Assembly (NCBI GenBank): GCA_965240465.1
Contig: OZ251219.1
Span: forward strand, 1,440,001 to 1,504,000
Origin: a bacterium
GTDB lineage: Bacteria; SAR324; JACQKK01
Length of the DNA stretch: 64,000 nt
Direction of reading: 5' to 3'
Of the stretch, positions 11,111 to 19,359 are shown piece by piece. The number at the start of each line of letters is the position of its first letter. Position 1 is the stretch's first letter. The position numbers were made by a program, and so were the translations under genes. A model generated the notes under the pieces. The model saw nothing but the letters and a program-made list of their open reading frames with translations, was not told where the DNA came from and did no database searches.

Positions 11111-11743
11111 ATGGCAACCAAAAACAATAGCAGCACTCCAACCCAAGAGGTCAATACCTCCGAAACTGTACCTGATGCCCAAAAAAAATTAGGCCCCGCG
11201 GCTCAAATGCTATTGCGGTACGTGGAGAAAAATGACTTAAAGCAGCACGTTTTTAGCATTCACTCTCAGCATGGCGATGACACCATCGTCTTGAGCAGGG
11301 ATATAGCCTCTAAGGCTTTTACCCTATTGAAAACTGACCCCACCTCCAAGATGGAAATGATGATAGATCTCACCGCGGTAGATTTATTTCCTAGTCTTCC
11401 GCGTTTTGAGGTTGTCTATCACCTAAAATCGCTTTCCTTTGGGTATCGTCTGAGAATAAAAATTCCTCTAGATGAGGAAGATACCTGCCTACCCTCAGTA
11501 ATCAATATCTGGCAAGCTGCAGACTGGTATGAGCGAGAATGCTGGGAAATGTACGGCATAATCTTCAAAGGACACCCCAACCTCAAGCCCCTCCTACTCT
11601 ATGAAGGCTTTAAGGGCTGGCCTCTTAGAAAGGATTACGAAAAAGGCTTGTCCCAACCATTAGTAGAAATGCGTCCTGTGCGTGAACGCTACGACTATCA
11701 AGAACGATTCCAGCCTGTCAAAGACTCAATTACCGGGCCGTGA
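11111..11743 (+). CDS. nuoC: NADH-quinone oxidoreductase subunit C
   Basis: DLTAVD, RFEVVYHL, WYERECWEMYGIIFKGHP, PLRKDY. Confidence 0.95.
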   Translation: MATKNNSSTPTQEVNTSETVPDAQKKLGPAAQMLLRYVEKNDLKQHVFSIHSQHGDDTIVLSRDIASKAFTLLKTDPTSKMEMMIDLTAVDLFPSLPRFEVVYHLKSLSFGYRLRIKIPLDEEDTCLPSVINIWQAADWYERECWEMYGIIFKGHPNLKPLLLYEGFKGWPLRKDYEKGLSQPLVEMRPVRERYDYQERFQPVKDSITGP

Positions 11744-11794
11744 TATTTTGTCTCATAGAAAGCTACTTATTCTGCAACCCTCCAAATCATCCCA

Positions 11795-13003
11795 ATGAGT
11801 ACACAGAACACCACAAAACGGAAAAACTTAGATTTCGGTGCTGAACCGATGATAATCGAGATCGGGCCGTCACACCCCGCCATGCATGGTATCACTCGTC
11901 TCCGTTGCGAGCTGGATGGCGAGGTGGTTGTTAGCATGGAAGCCGAAATCGGCTACCTCCACCGCGGTTTTGAGAAAGAAGCCGAAAATGCCACCTATCT
12001 GCAAATCATCCCCTATACAGACCGCCTTAATTATGTTTCTCCGCTAATCAATAATGTGGGCTACTCGCTAGCGGTAGAAAAGCTGTTCCAAGTAGAAGTA
12101 CCTAGGCGTGCCCAATTCGTACGTGTACTAATGTGTGAAATTTCGCGTATCACTGACCACCTTACCTGCAATGGTGCTACCGCCATGGAAATAGGAGCTA
12201 TGACGGTTTTCCTGTGGTTTATCAAAGCCCGCGAGTACCTTTGGGAATTGGTAGAAGAAGTGACCGGTGCCCGTCTGACTACAACATGGACTCGCATTGG
12301 TGGTAATGCCAATGATATACCCGATGGTTTCCTGCCAGCCCTTAAAGAGCGTTTAGAAAAAGTGGAAGAAATTCTCAAGGAGGGAGAAGCCCTACTTATT
12401 AAAAATCCAATCTTTACCGAACGTGTTCGTGGTATTGGCATTTTATCTGCCCAGCGTGCCGTCCAATATGCTTTTTCTGGCCCCATGATACGTGCCTGCG
12501 GCATTCCCTATGATGTTCGCCGTACAGATCCATACCTTGTCTATGAAGAGCTGGATTTTGAAATCCCCGTTGGCGAAAACGGTGACTGTCTTGACCGCTT
12601 CCTAGTACGCCAAGAAGAAATGCGCCAAAGTATGTCTATCATCCGCCAATGTGTTGATAAACTCCCCCCTGGGGACTTCCACTGCCGCGATCGCCGTGTC
12701 TGGATACCTGATAAATTTAACGCCTATAATAGCATTGAAGGTCTCATTGACCATTTCAAAATCGTCATGGATGGTCCCAAACCACCACCCGGGGAAGCCT
12801 ATTTTGCCGTAGAAGGAGGTAATGGTGAGCTGGGATTTTACATTGTTTCTGATGGCTCGGGGAAGCCTACTAAGTGTCGTGTACGTCCGCCGTGCCTTAA
12901 CTACGTCATGGCCATGCCCGAGATGACTTGCGGGCATTATGTAGCTGATATCGTTCCTATTTTTGGTTCTATCAACATGGTGGGTGGTGAACTAGAGCGG
13001 TAA
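11795..13003 (+). CDS. nuoD: NADH-quinone oxidoreductase subunit D
   Basis: GPSHPAMHG, IGYLHRGFEK, DRLNYVS, GELGFY, C-terminal GGELER. Confidence 0.96.
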   Translation: MSTQNTTKRKNLDFGAEPMIIEIGPSHPAMHGITRLRCELDGEVVVSMEAEIGYLHRGFEKEAENATYLQIIPYTDRLNYVSPLINNVGYSLAVEKLFQVEVPRRAQFVRVLMCEISRITDHLTCNGATAMEIGAMTVFLWFIKAREYLWELVEEVTGARLTTTWTRIGGNANDIPDGFLPALKERLEKVEEILKEGEALLIKNPIFTERVRGIGILSAQRAVQYAFSGPMIRACGIPYDVRRTDPYLVYEELDFEIPVGENGDCLDRFLVRQEEMRQSMSIIRQCVDKLPPGDFHCRDRRVWIPDKFNAYNSIEGLIDHFKIVMDGPKPPPGEAYFAVEGGNGELGFYIVSDGSGKPTKCRVRPPCLNYVMAMPEMTCGHYVADIVPIFGSINMVGGELER

Positions 13004-13104
13004 TTTTATAAGTGATTTACATCAAATAGGAATGAAATTAATAACACTACAGCACCGTCTAAATTTGACAGACTATTTTTGGCAATCAAATTAGTAGTGC
13101 CACC

Positions 13105-14481
13105 ATGGTTGATGAAATCAATGTGACAATGGAGGAACTTATATCGCTTGCCAAGAGACGAGGATTTATTTATCAAGGCTCAGAGATTTATGGTGGGCTT
13201 GCCAATTGCTGGGATTATGGTCCCTTAGGTGTTGAGCTGAAGCAAAACATCAAACGCCAATGGTGGAAGGATTTCGTTCATAGCCGAACTGATGTGCTGG
13301 GGTTAGATAGTGCCATTCTTATGAATCCCTCTGTCTGGGAGGCATCTGGACATACTTCCAACTTTGCCGACCCCCTCACAGATTGCCGCCAGTGTAAGGC
13401 TCGGCATCGTGCTGACCACCTGCTGGAAAAGCACCTGTCGCCCACTGAGTTGGCTAATATGAGCCAGCAACAGCTGTTTGAAAAACTGCAATCCGTGAAA
13501 CTTCCTTGCCCAAAATGTGGCAGTTCCGACTATACCCCCATTAGACAATTTAACCTGATGTTCAAAACATTCCAAGGAGTAACCGAAGATTCTTCCACCC
13601 AAATTTACTTGCGTCCTGAGACCGCCCAAGGTATTTTCTTAAATTTCAAAAACATTGCCACTACCAGCCGTAAACGCCTTCCCTTTGGCGTTGCTCAGAT
13701 AGGTAAATCATTCCGCAATGAAATAACCCCCGGTAATTTTATCTTCCGCACCCGCGAATTTGAACAAATGGAACTAGAATTCTTCTGCCATCCCAAAGAA
13801 GCATCTCAATGGTACGACCACTGGAAAAATTTCTGCCTGCAGTGGTTAAAATCTCTGGGGATACACCCCAAAAACATACGCCTTAGGGATCATGTTCAAG
13901 AGGAGCTTTCTCACTATAGCCAAGCTACTGCTGATGTAGAATATCACTTCCCCTTCGGCTGGGGTGAACTGTTGGGGATTGCCAATCGGGGCGATTTTGA
14001 TCTCACCCAACACCAGAAGCATTCGGGTAAAGATCTGAGATGGCGACACCCAGATACTGAAGAAATTTTTCTCCCCTATGTGATAGAACCCGCCCTCGGT
14101 TTAGATAGACTACTACTAGCCCTTCTTGCTGATTCCTTTAGCACTGAAAATGTCAACAGCGAGACCCGTACTCTGCTAAAGTTTAGTCCTAGTCTGGCAC
14201 CCATTAAGGTTGCGGTGCTACCTCTTTCCAAACAATTGGCTGAGCCTGCCAACAAACTTTTTGCCGACATATCGCCACACTTCCACTGCGACTACGACCA
14301 ATCAGGTAGCATTGGCAGGCGTTATCGCAGACAAGATGAAATTGGCACCCCTTTTTGCATCACCGTAGATTTTGAAACCTTGGAGGATGAGCGTGTCACT
14401 ATCCGCCACCGTGATAGCATGAAGCAAGAACGCATTCCTCTTAGTGGTATACAAAAACACCTTGAGGTTTTGCTACAGTGA
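13105..14481 (+). CDS. glyQS: Glycine--tRNA ligase, homodimeric (alpha2) type
   Basis: WDYGPLG, LRPETAQG, GKSFRNEITPGNFIFRTREFEQME, YVIEPALG, IGRRYRRQDEIGTP. Confidence 0.96.
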   Translation: MVDEINVTMEELISLAKRRGFIYQGSEIYGGLANCWDYGPLGVELKQNIKRQWWKDFVHSRTDVLGLDSAILMNPSVWEASGHTSNFADPLTDCRQCKARHRADHLLEKHLSPTELANMSQQQLFEKLQSVKLPCPKCGSSDYTPIRQFNLMFKTFQGVTEDSSTQIYLRPETAQGIFLNFKNIATTSRKRLPFGVAQIGKSFRNEITPGNFIFRTREFEQMELEFFCHPKEASQWYDHWKNFCLQWLKSLGIHPKNIRLRDHVQEELSHYSQATADVEYHFPFGWGELLGIANRGDFDLTQHQKHSGKDLRWRHPDTEEIFLPYVIEPALGLDRLLLALLADSFSTENVNSETRTLLKFSPSLAPIKVAVLPLSKQLAEPANKLFADISPHFHCDYDQSGSIGRRYRRQDEIGTPFCITVDFETLEDERVTIRHRDSMKQERIPLSGIQKHLEVLLQ

Positions 14482-14584
14482 AAATTTGTGCATGCTAAAA
14501 CACTGGAATATCCCTCTATATCCGCAGTGTGTTTTTGTCCTAGAGTGATTGCTGGCAAGAATGTGGGAGCAAGGCTTGTGATAG

Positions 14585-16459
14585 CTAAAAACTAACCCCA
14601 TCGGGTGATTCTATGTCGGCTTTTTCTCTTAGGCGGTCAAGCTCGCTGGCTTCCACCGCTTTTATCAAGGCATCTTGTATCTCTTGACGCAACTTTTCAG
14701 TTTCTTCTTTGCTGGGATCTTTTGGTAGCCGACGGTCTAATAAGCGAATTATCCAGCCATCCTCAGTGATCACCAAGGCAAATGGTTTTTCTTTAGTCAT
14801 GGTTAAGGCTCTACGAGCAACAGAATGGCTAATGTCTTGGTCATCTGTAGCTGTTATGCTAACCGTCTCAGCCTTGGTGCGATATTTTCTCAGTAGAGTA
14901 CGCCAACCATTGGCACCTTTCAGGACACCTAAATCTTTGCGGACTTGGCTAAAAGCGTCCTGACGCCATTTTATTTTGGTGACTGTCTCTTTTATTTGCT
15001 CTCGTACTTCTTCCAGTGGGAGAAGCTTGGCCTCACGCACCTCTAGTACACGATAAAACACATGCCCCTGTACAGGATTACGACGAACAACCCCAGTTTT
15101 ACCGGCTTTTTTGCTAACTGTTTCATCTACGATATCTCTAACTCTGCCGAGCCCAGTTTTTGTTTCATCGCCAGTTATCCAGCCTGTTTTGCGAACCGGT
15201 TCACCGACATCTTTGGCAACTGTTTCAAGGCTGTTTTCCTTGATGCGCTTGGGCAGGTTCAAAAACTCCCTATTTAAGCGACGCTCTGCCAGTTTTAGGG
15301 TCAGTTCCTCCTTAATTTTCTTGCGTAAGCTCTCAAAAGACTGAACCTTTCCAGGCCTGATATCTACGGCCTGGATCAAGTGTAGCCCAAAAGGGGAGCG
15401 TACCACGCTACTGACTTCCCCTTCCTTTAGAGCGAAGGCTGCTGCAGAGAAACTTGGCACCATTTTCTCTTCGGTGAAATATCCCAAATCTCCACCCTTT
15501 GTTTTGCTGGGACCTTCAGAATGTTTGCGTGCTAATTCTGCAAAACTCTCCCCTCTATCTACTTTCTTAGCGATCCCCTCTAGAGTCTTGCGAGCTTTAT
15601 TTTCAGCTTCTCCGCCATCTTTTTCTTCGGGAAGCAAGTTAATTAAAATGTGGCGGGCACGCATACTGCCCGGGGTAGTATAGGATTCTAAATCTCGCTC
15701 ATACTGACGACGTACCAACCTATCAGGCACTTTTAGTTCTGCACGCATATCTTCCAAGTCTAAGGTAAAATATTCTAGTTTCACTGCTACGGGCTGCATA
15801 TACTCATGTGACCAATTCTTATAACGTCTCTCAATAGCCTTATCATCAGGAATTTTTGGGGCTTTAAAATTCTTGTAATTCAGGGGTGCTAGCTGGATGC
15901 GTACTTGCTCGTTCCGGGCTAGATAAACATTCTCAACTTCCCAATCTCCCACCACTACAGCTTGAGAAAGTAACTCCGTTAAATGCTCCACTAATAAATC
16001 CTCACGCACCCGCTCTTCGTAAGCGGCGGGCTGTAGTCTGTTAATAGCCAGAAAACGTTTATATGAATCTACATCAAACTCTCCATCTTTATGAAAAGCC
16101 TGAATTCCCTGAATGTAGGACTTTAACGCTGAATTAGGCACTTGCAAATCACGACGGCGGGCTTCATTGAGCAACAAACGATGATTAATCATCCGTTGCA
16201 ACACCAATTGCCGTAATCCCAGTTGGTCAGCTAGCTCCTCGGCACGATCCCCAGAGGTCTCACGCAGACGCTCCAATTGCTCGCTATAGGCATTTTGGTA
16301 GTCATCTGCCAATATGCTATCCCCATCCACCCGTGCCACTACCTGTGTCGGATTACTGAAAGTACCCACCCCAAATGAAATCACAAACGATAATGCCACC
16401 GTTATTAATAGTACCCGCATCCACCAAGATTGCAATACTCCGCGTAACTGACTAATCAT
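14585..16459 (-). CDS. PpiD-like membrane-anchored chaperone / parvulin PPIase
   Basis: N-terminal TM, SurA-like N domain, parvulin motifs ARHILI, FAELARKHS, GGDLGYF, SPFGLHLI. Confidence 0.88.
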   Translation of the reverse strand: MISQLRGVLQSWWMRVLLITVALSFVISFGVGTFSNPTQVVARVDGDSILADDYQNAYSEQLERLRETSGDRAEELADQLGLRQLVLQRMINHRLLLNEARRRDLQVPNSALKSYIQGIQAFHKDGEFDVDSYKRFLAINRLQPAAYEERVREDLLVEHLTELLSQAVVVGDWEVENVYLARNEQVRIQLAPLNYKNFKAPKIPDDKAIERRYKNWSHEYMQPVAVKLEYFTLDLEDMRAELKVPDRLVRRQYERDLESYTTPGSMRARHILINLLPEEKDGGEAENKARKTLEGIAKKVDRGESFAELARKHSEGPSKTKGGDLGYFTEEKMVPSFSAAAFALKEGEVSSVVRSPFGLHLIQAVDIRPGKVQSFESLRKKIKEELTLKLAERRLNREFLNLPKRIKENSLETVAKDVGEPVRKTGWITGDETKTGLGRVRDIVDETVSKKAGKTGVVRRNPVQGHVFYRVLEVREAKLLPLEEVREQIKETVTKIKWRQDAFSQVRKDLGVLKGANGWRTLLRKYRTKAETVSITATDDQDISHSVARRALTMTKEKPFALVITEDGWIIRLLDRRLPKDPSKEETEKLRQEIQDALIKAVEASELDRLREKADIESPDGVSF

Positions 16460-16668
16460 TTTTTCCTCTCATGCTTGTAAGAAATAATTTTTAATAAATT
16501 TCCCCAACCGATAAACAGTAGGCTCACTTACTCGCAATCAGGATACCACCGTTACCAGACTCCTCGCAAGAAGGTTTAGGGAGGAATATTACAACCCACG
16601 CATCAATGACTCAAAAACACTAAGAATATGTAAAATATATCCTCGGTAATCATATCTAAAAGTCAACA

Positions 16669-16698
16669 TTGAAAATACCCAGTAAAAACTGGTATCAT
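16669..16698 (+). promoter_or_regulatory. Candidate hrcA promoter with an inverted repeat in the spacer
   Basis: TTGAAA-N18-TATCAT with a TGn extension. CCAGT-aaaa-ACTGG lies inside the spacer. Confidence 0.4.
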
Positions 16699-16738
16699 TC
16701 TACCATATCTAATATTTCCTCCTCTTCTGCCACCAGCC

Positions 16739-17764
16739 ATGAATCAATACCGTACCTTAGTGATTCTGGATGAAATCATTAACCACTACGCTTCCCATCA
16801 AGAAGCTCTTAGTGCCCGCCTACTAGCAAGAAATTCCCAACTTTCACTTTCACCCACAACCATTCGCAACTTGATGGACGACCTCAGTCAACAAGGGTTA
16901 CTTACCACAGAGGGAGTATCCCGAGGACGTATTCCAACTCCAAAGGCCTATACGGTATATCTGCACAGATTACAGCAACAGCCAGATACCGCTACCGAAA
17001 TTCCTCCATTAGATGAACTAAAGGGTAAACAACTGAAACAAGCCCTGGATCAAGCTGGTGAATTCTTGGCCAAAGAAAGCAATTTCACTGTCTTTGCCTG
17101 GCTGCCACCTCGCAATGAGGATCCCCTTGATTGGGTACGTTTGTTTGCAATTGAAAATAATCAAGTACTGGTGGTAACCCGCACCCTGTTCGGGGAACTC
17201 TGGTGCAAAGTACTCACCAGTTCAGATCCTTTTCCACAATCCTTGCTGGATGAAGTCCAGCAATATATCAATAGTAACTATCATAAACAGTCACTGAGTA
17301 ACATCCGCCAAGATGTAATGGTCGGAAAACCGCAAGCAGTTCTAGCTAATATGCCCTCAATCGGCTCCGCGTTTCGCCTCCTTAGAAGAGCTTTTGAATG
17401 GGATGATGCCCCTCGCCCTTACTATTGGGGTAAGAAAACCATCTACCGCTGGCTAAAATTTGAAAATATTCAGCAAATTAAGCAGATAGAAAAGTACTTT
17501 CAAGATCCTCAACCACTACTGGAAGTCCTAAAACAGGGTCATTCTATCACGCACTCCGCTAACCCAAAAAATGAACTCAAGGTAGCCATCGGTAGCGATC
17601 TCCCACACTTCAGCAGTATCTCCATTACCGGCTGTAGCGTCCAATTAAACCAATGGCAAGCTTGGATTGCACTCCTAGGACCCATTTGGATGAATTACCA
17701 ACAAATGATTGCCCTCACCCATCAAACAACCCAACAATTCAACCAATGGCTTGGCAGCCTGTAG
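16739..17764 (+). CDS. hrcA: Heat-inducible transcription repressor (divergent)
   Basis: Winged HTH SPTTIRNLMDDL...SRGRIPTPKAY and C-terminal LLGPIWMNY. Length is typical. Confidence 0.8.
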   Translation: MNQYRTLVILDEIINHYASHQEALSARLLARNSQLSLSPTTIRNLMDDLSQQGLLTTEGVSRGRIPTPKAYTVYLHRLQQQPDTATEIPPLDELKGKQLKQALDQAGEFLAKESNFTVFAWLPPRNEDPLDWVRLFAIENNQVLVVTRTLFGELWCKVLTSSDPFPQSLLDEVQQYINSNYHKQSLSNIRQDVMVGKPQAVLANMPSIGSAFRLLRRAFEWDDAPRPYYWGKKTIYRWLKFENIQQIKQIEKYFQDPQPLLEVLKQGHSITHSANPKNELKVAIGSDLPHFSSISITGCSVQLNQWQAWIALLGPIWMNYQQMIALTHQTTQQFNQWLGSL

Positions 17765-17824
17765 ATGTATTTATCTCTGATATGTACTCTGATATTTAAT
17801 AGAGTTAAGTATAAGTGATAAGAA

Positions 17825-18811
17825 TCAAGTTCTTAGTATGGCACGGTAACATGCTTCGGCTAGTAGGGTGTCTTTTTCGACGGCTGTCAGAAGACTCTGG
17901 ATATAACGCTCACACTCTTCTTCTTGTTGCAAGAGGGAATTGCATATCAACAGTAGGTGACAGCCTGCCTTGATGGCTTTCTGACAAGCAATCTCCGTAC
18001 TGCAGTATTGCTGGATGGCCTGCATTTGGAGATCATCAGAGATTAGCCAAGCTTTTGGGGCTACTGTCAAAAGAGCCTCAATTGCGGTGGGATTTAGAGA
18101 AACTGGTAACTTCCCCCACTGCGGGGCAATTGCATGCGATAACAATACCGCCCCCCCAGGTATTTTTGGTACCAACTCTGCAAATAAACCAAGAGGCTCA
18201 GTAGCAAGCGAGTTTGACAGCAGACATCCCCCTTGGTGAGTATCGGTAGTGGCTGCTCCCAAACCTGGATAGTGCTTGAGGCATAGGCCTACCCCCCATC
18301 TACTAGCAGCCTTCGCATGACGAAGTGCGTACCCGGCAACCTCCTCGGTTTCAGCATGATAAGCTCGCCCGCGCCTAACAATAGGAGCATCTGGACGCAG
18401 CTCGCAATCAATCACGGGTGCTAAATTCATCCCAATGCCAAATTCTGCCATCTCTTGATAACTCTCATCTAATAATTTTTGCTGCTCAGTAAGGGGTAAG
18501 CTTGCCATCTGTTTGGCAGATGGTAAGTGTGTAAAACCCAATTCCTCCCTTAAACGACACACCTCTCCGCCCTCCTGATCTATCAGGACTAGGGGTTTAG
18601 ATGGCAAGCTAGCGATATCCTCACACAATTCAATAAGCTGTTTCTTACTTATTATGTTGCGTTTTTTTCCAGATAAGTGCTTGTCAAATAATATTACCGC
18701 TCCCAACCCCCATTGTTCGGTGAATTTTCGTAACCATGCAGGCACAGAAAGTCCATCAAAGCCTAGTCCAAACAACTTTCCCACCCTATTTGAAACAATT
18801 TCAGTAAACAT
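17825..18811 (-). CDS. nagZ: GH3 beta-N-acetylhexosaminidase (likely start 18811)
   Basis: IDQEGGEVCRL, NLAPVID, KHYPGLGAATTDTH, SDDLQM nucleophile. Confidence 0.85.
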   Translation of the reverse strand: MFTEIVSNRVGKLFGLGFDGLSVPAWLRKFTEQWGLGAVILFDKHLSGKKRNIISKKQLIELCEDIASLPSKPLVLIDQEGGEVCRLREELGFTHLPSAKQMASLPLTEQQKLLDESYQEMAEFGIGMNLAPVIDCELRPDAPIVRRGRAYHAETEEVAGYALRHAKAASRWGVGLCLKHYPGLGAATTDTHQGGCLLSNSLATEPLGLFAELVPKIPGGAVLLSHAIAPQWGKLPVSLNPTAIEALLTVAPKAWLISDDLQMQAIQQYCSTEIACQKAIKAGCHLLLICNSLLQQEEECERYIQSLLTAVEKDTLLAEACYRAILRT

Positions 18812-18976
18812 ATTAATTCCAAAAAATCTATCTATGAGGATAGTAACAAAGGCGAGAGTGCTTGAAACACCGCTTTCTAAGTGAGCAGGCAATACCCATG
18901 TCTTAATCCAATATAAAGATTACACAAGAGGTTGTAAAAAGTACTTAATTTTAGCACTAATTACCTGACATTTTTC

Positions 18977-19005
18977 TTGACTACTCTAAAGCTAGCACCT
19001 AGACT
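18977..19005 (+). promoter_or_regulatory. Sigma70-type promoter of the candidate sRNA
   Basis: TTGACT-N17-TAGACT. Confidence 0.65.
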
Positions 19006-19010
19006 CGGGG

Positions 19011-19120
19011 AGTGATTTGTCCCCCGGGAGGCAAGTCCTGCGGAACGCCACCCTCCTGTTCTGCGGGTTTGTTCCCCTAAAAAGAGCTTGTAGGATCACT
19101 CTTATAGGCTCTTTCTTTTT
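19011..19120 (+). ncRNA. Candidate small RNA (about 110 nt), family unrecognised
   Basis: Promoter upstream. Stem of about 19 bp (19026-19046 with 19058-19076) with several G-U pairs and loop GCCACCCUCCU. Intrinsic terminator downstream; no ORF. Confidence 0.6.
19081..19120 (+). terminator. Rho-independent terminator
   Basis: AAAGAGCTTGTAGGA-tcac-TCTTATAGGCTCTTT followed by CTTTTT. Confidence 0.75.
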
Positions 19121-19359
19121 GAATTGAATTTGCCTAAGTAAAATTGCGTTACGCTGAGTAAGTGAAGATTTTAGGGTTGTTGTTCTGTTACAACAAAATA
19201 GGACGGTTTGTACCGCTGTTCGGTAATGATTAAGAAATTTGGTGGCTGTGATGGTAAAAATTGGGTATCATCTTCTCGGTTGTCAGTTTTGGTAATGTTA
19301 CCGGTTTTTAGGCACTGTTTTTAGATGCCATTTTTTAAGTCTTAATTTTGGAGGTTTGT

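Noticed and set aside
19007-19077. SRP RNA, 6S RNA or a known riboswitch
   Set aside because: No SRP helix-8 motif, too short for 6S, and no aptamer consensus that I recognise.
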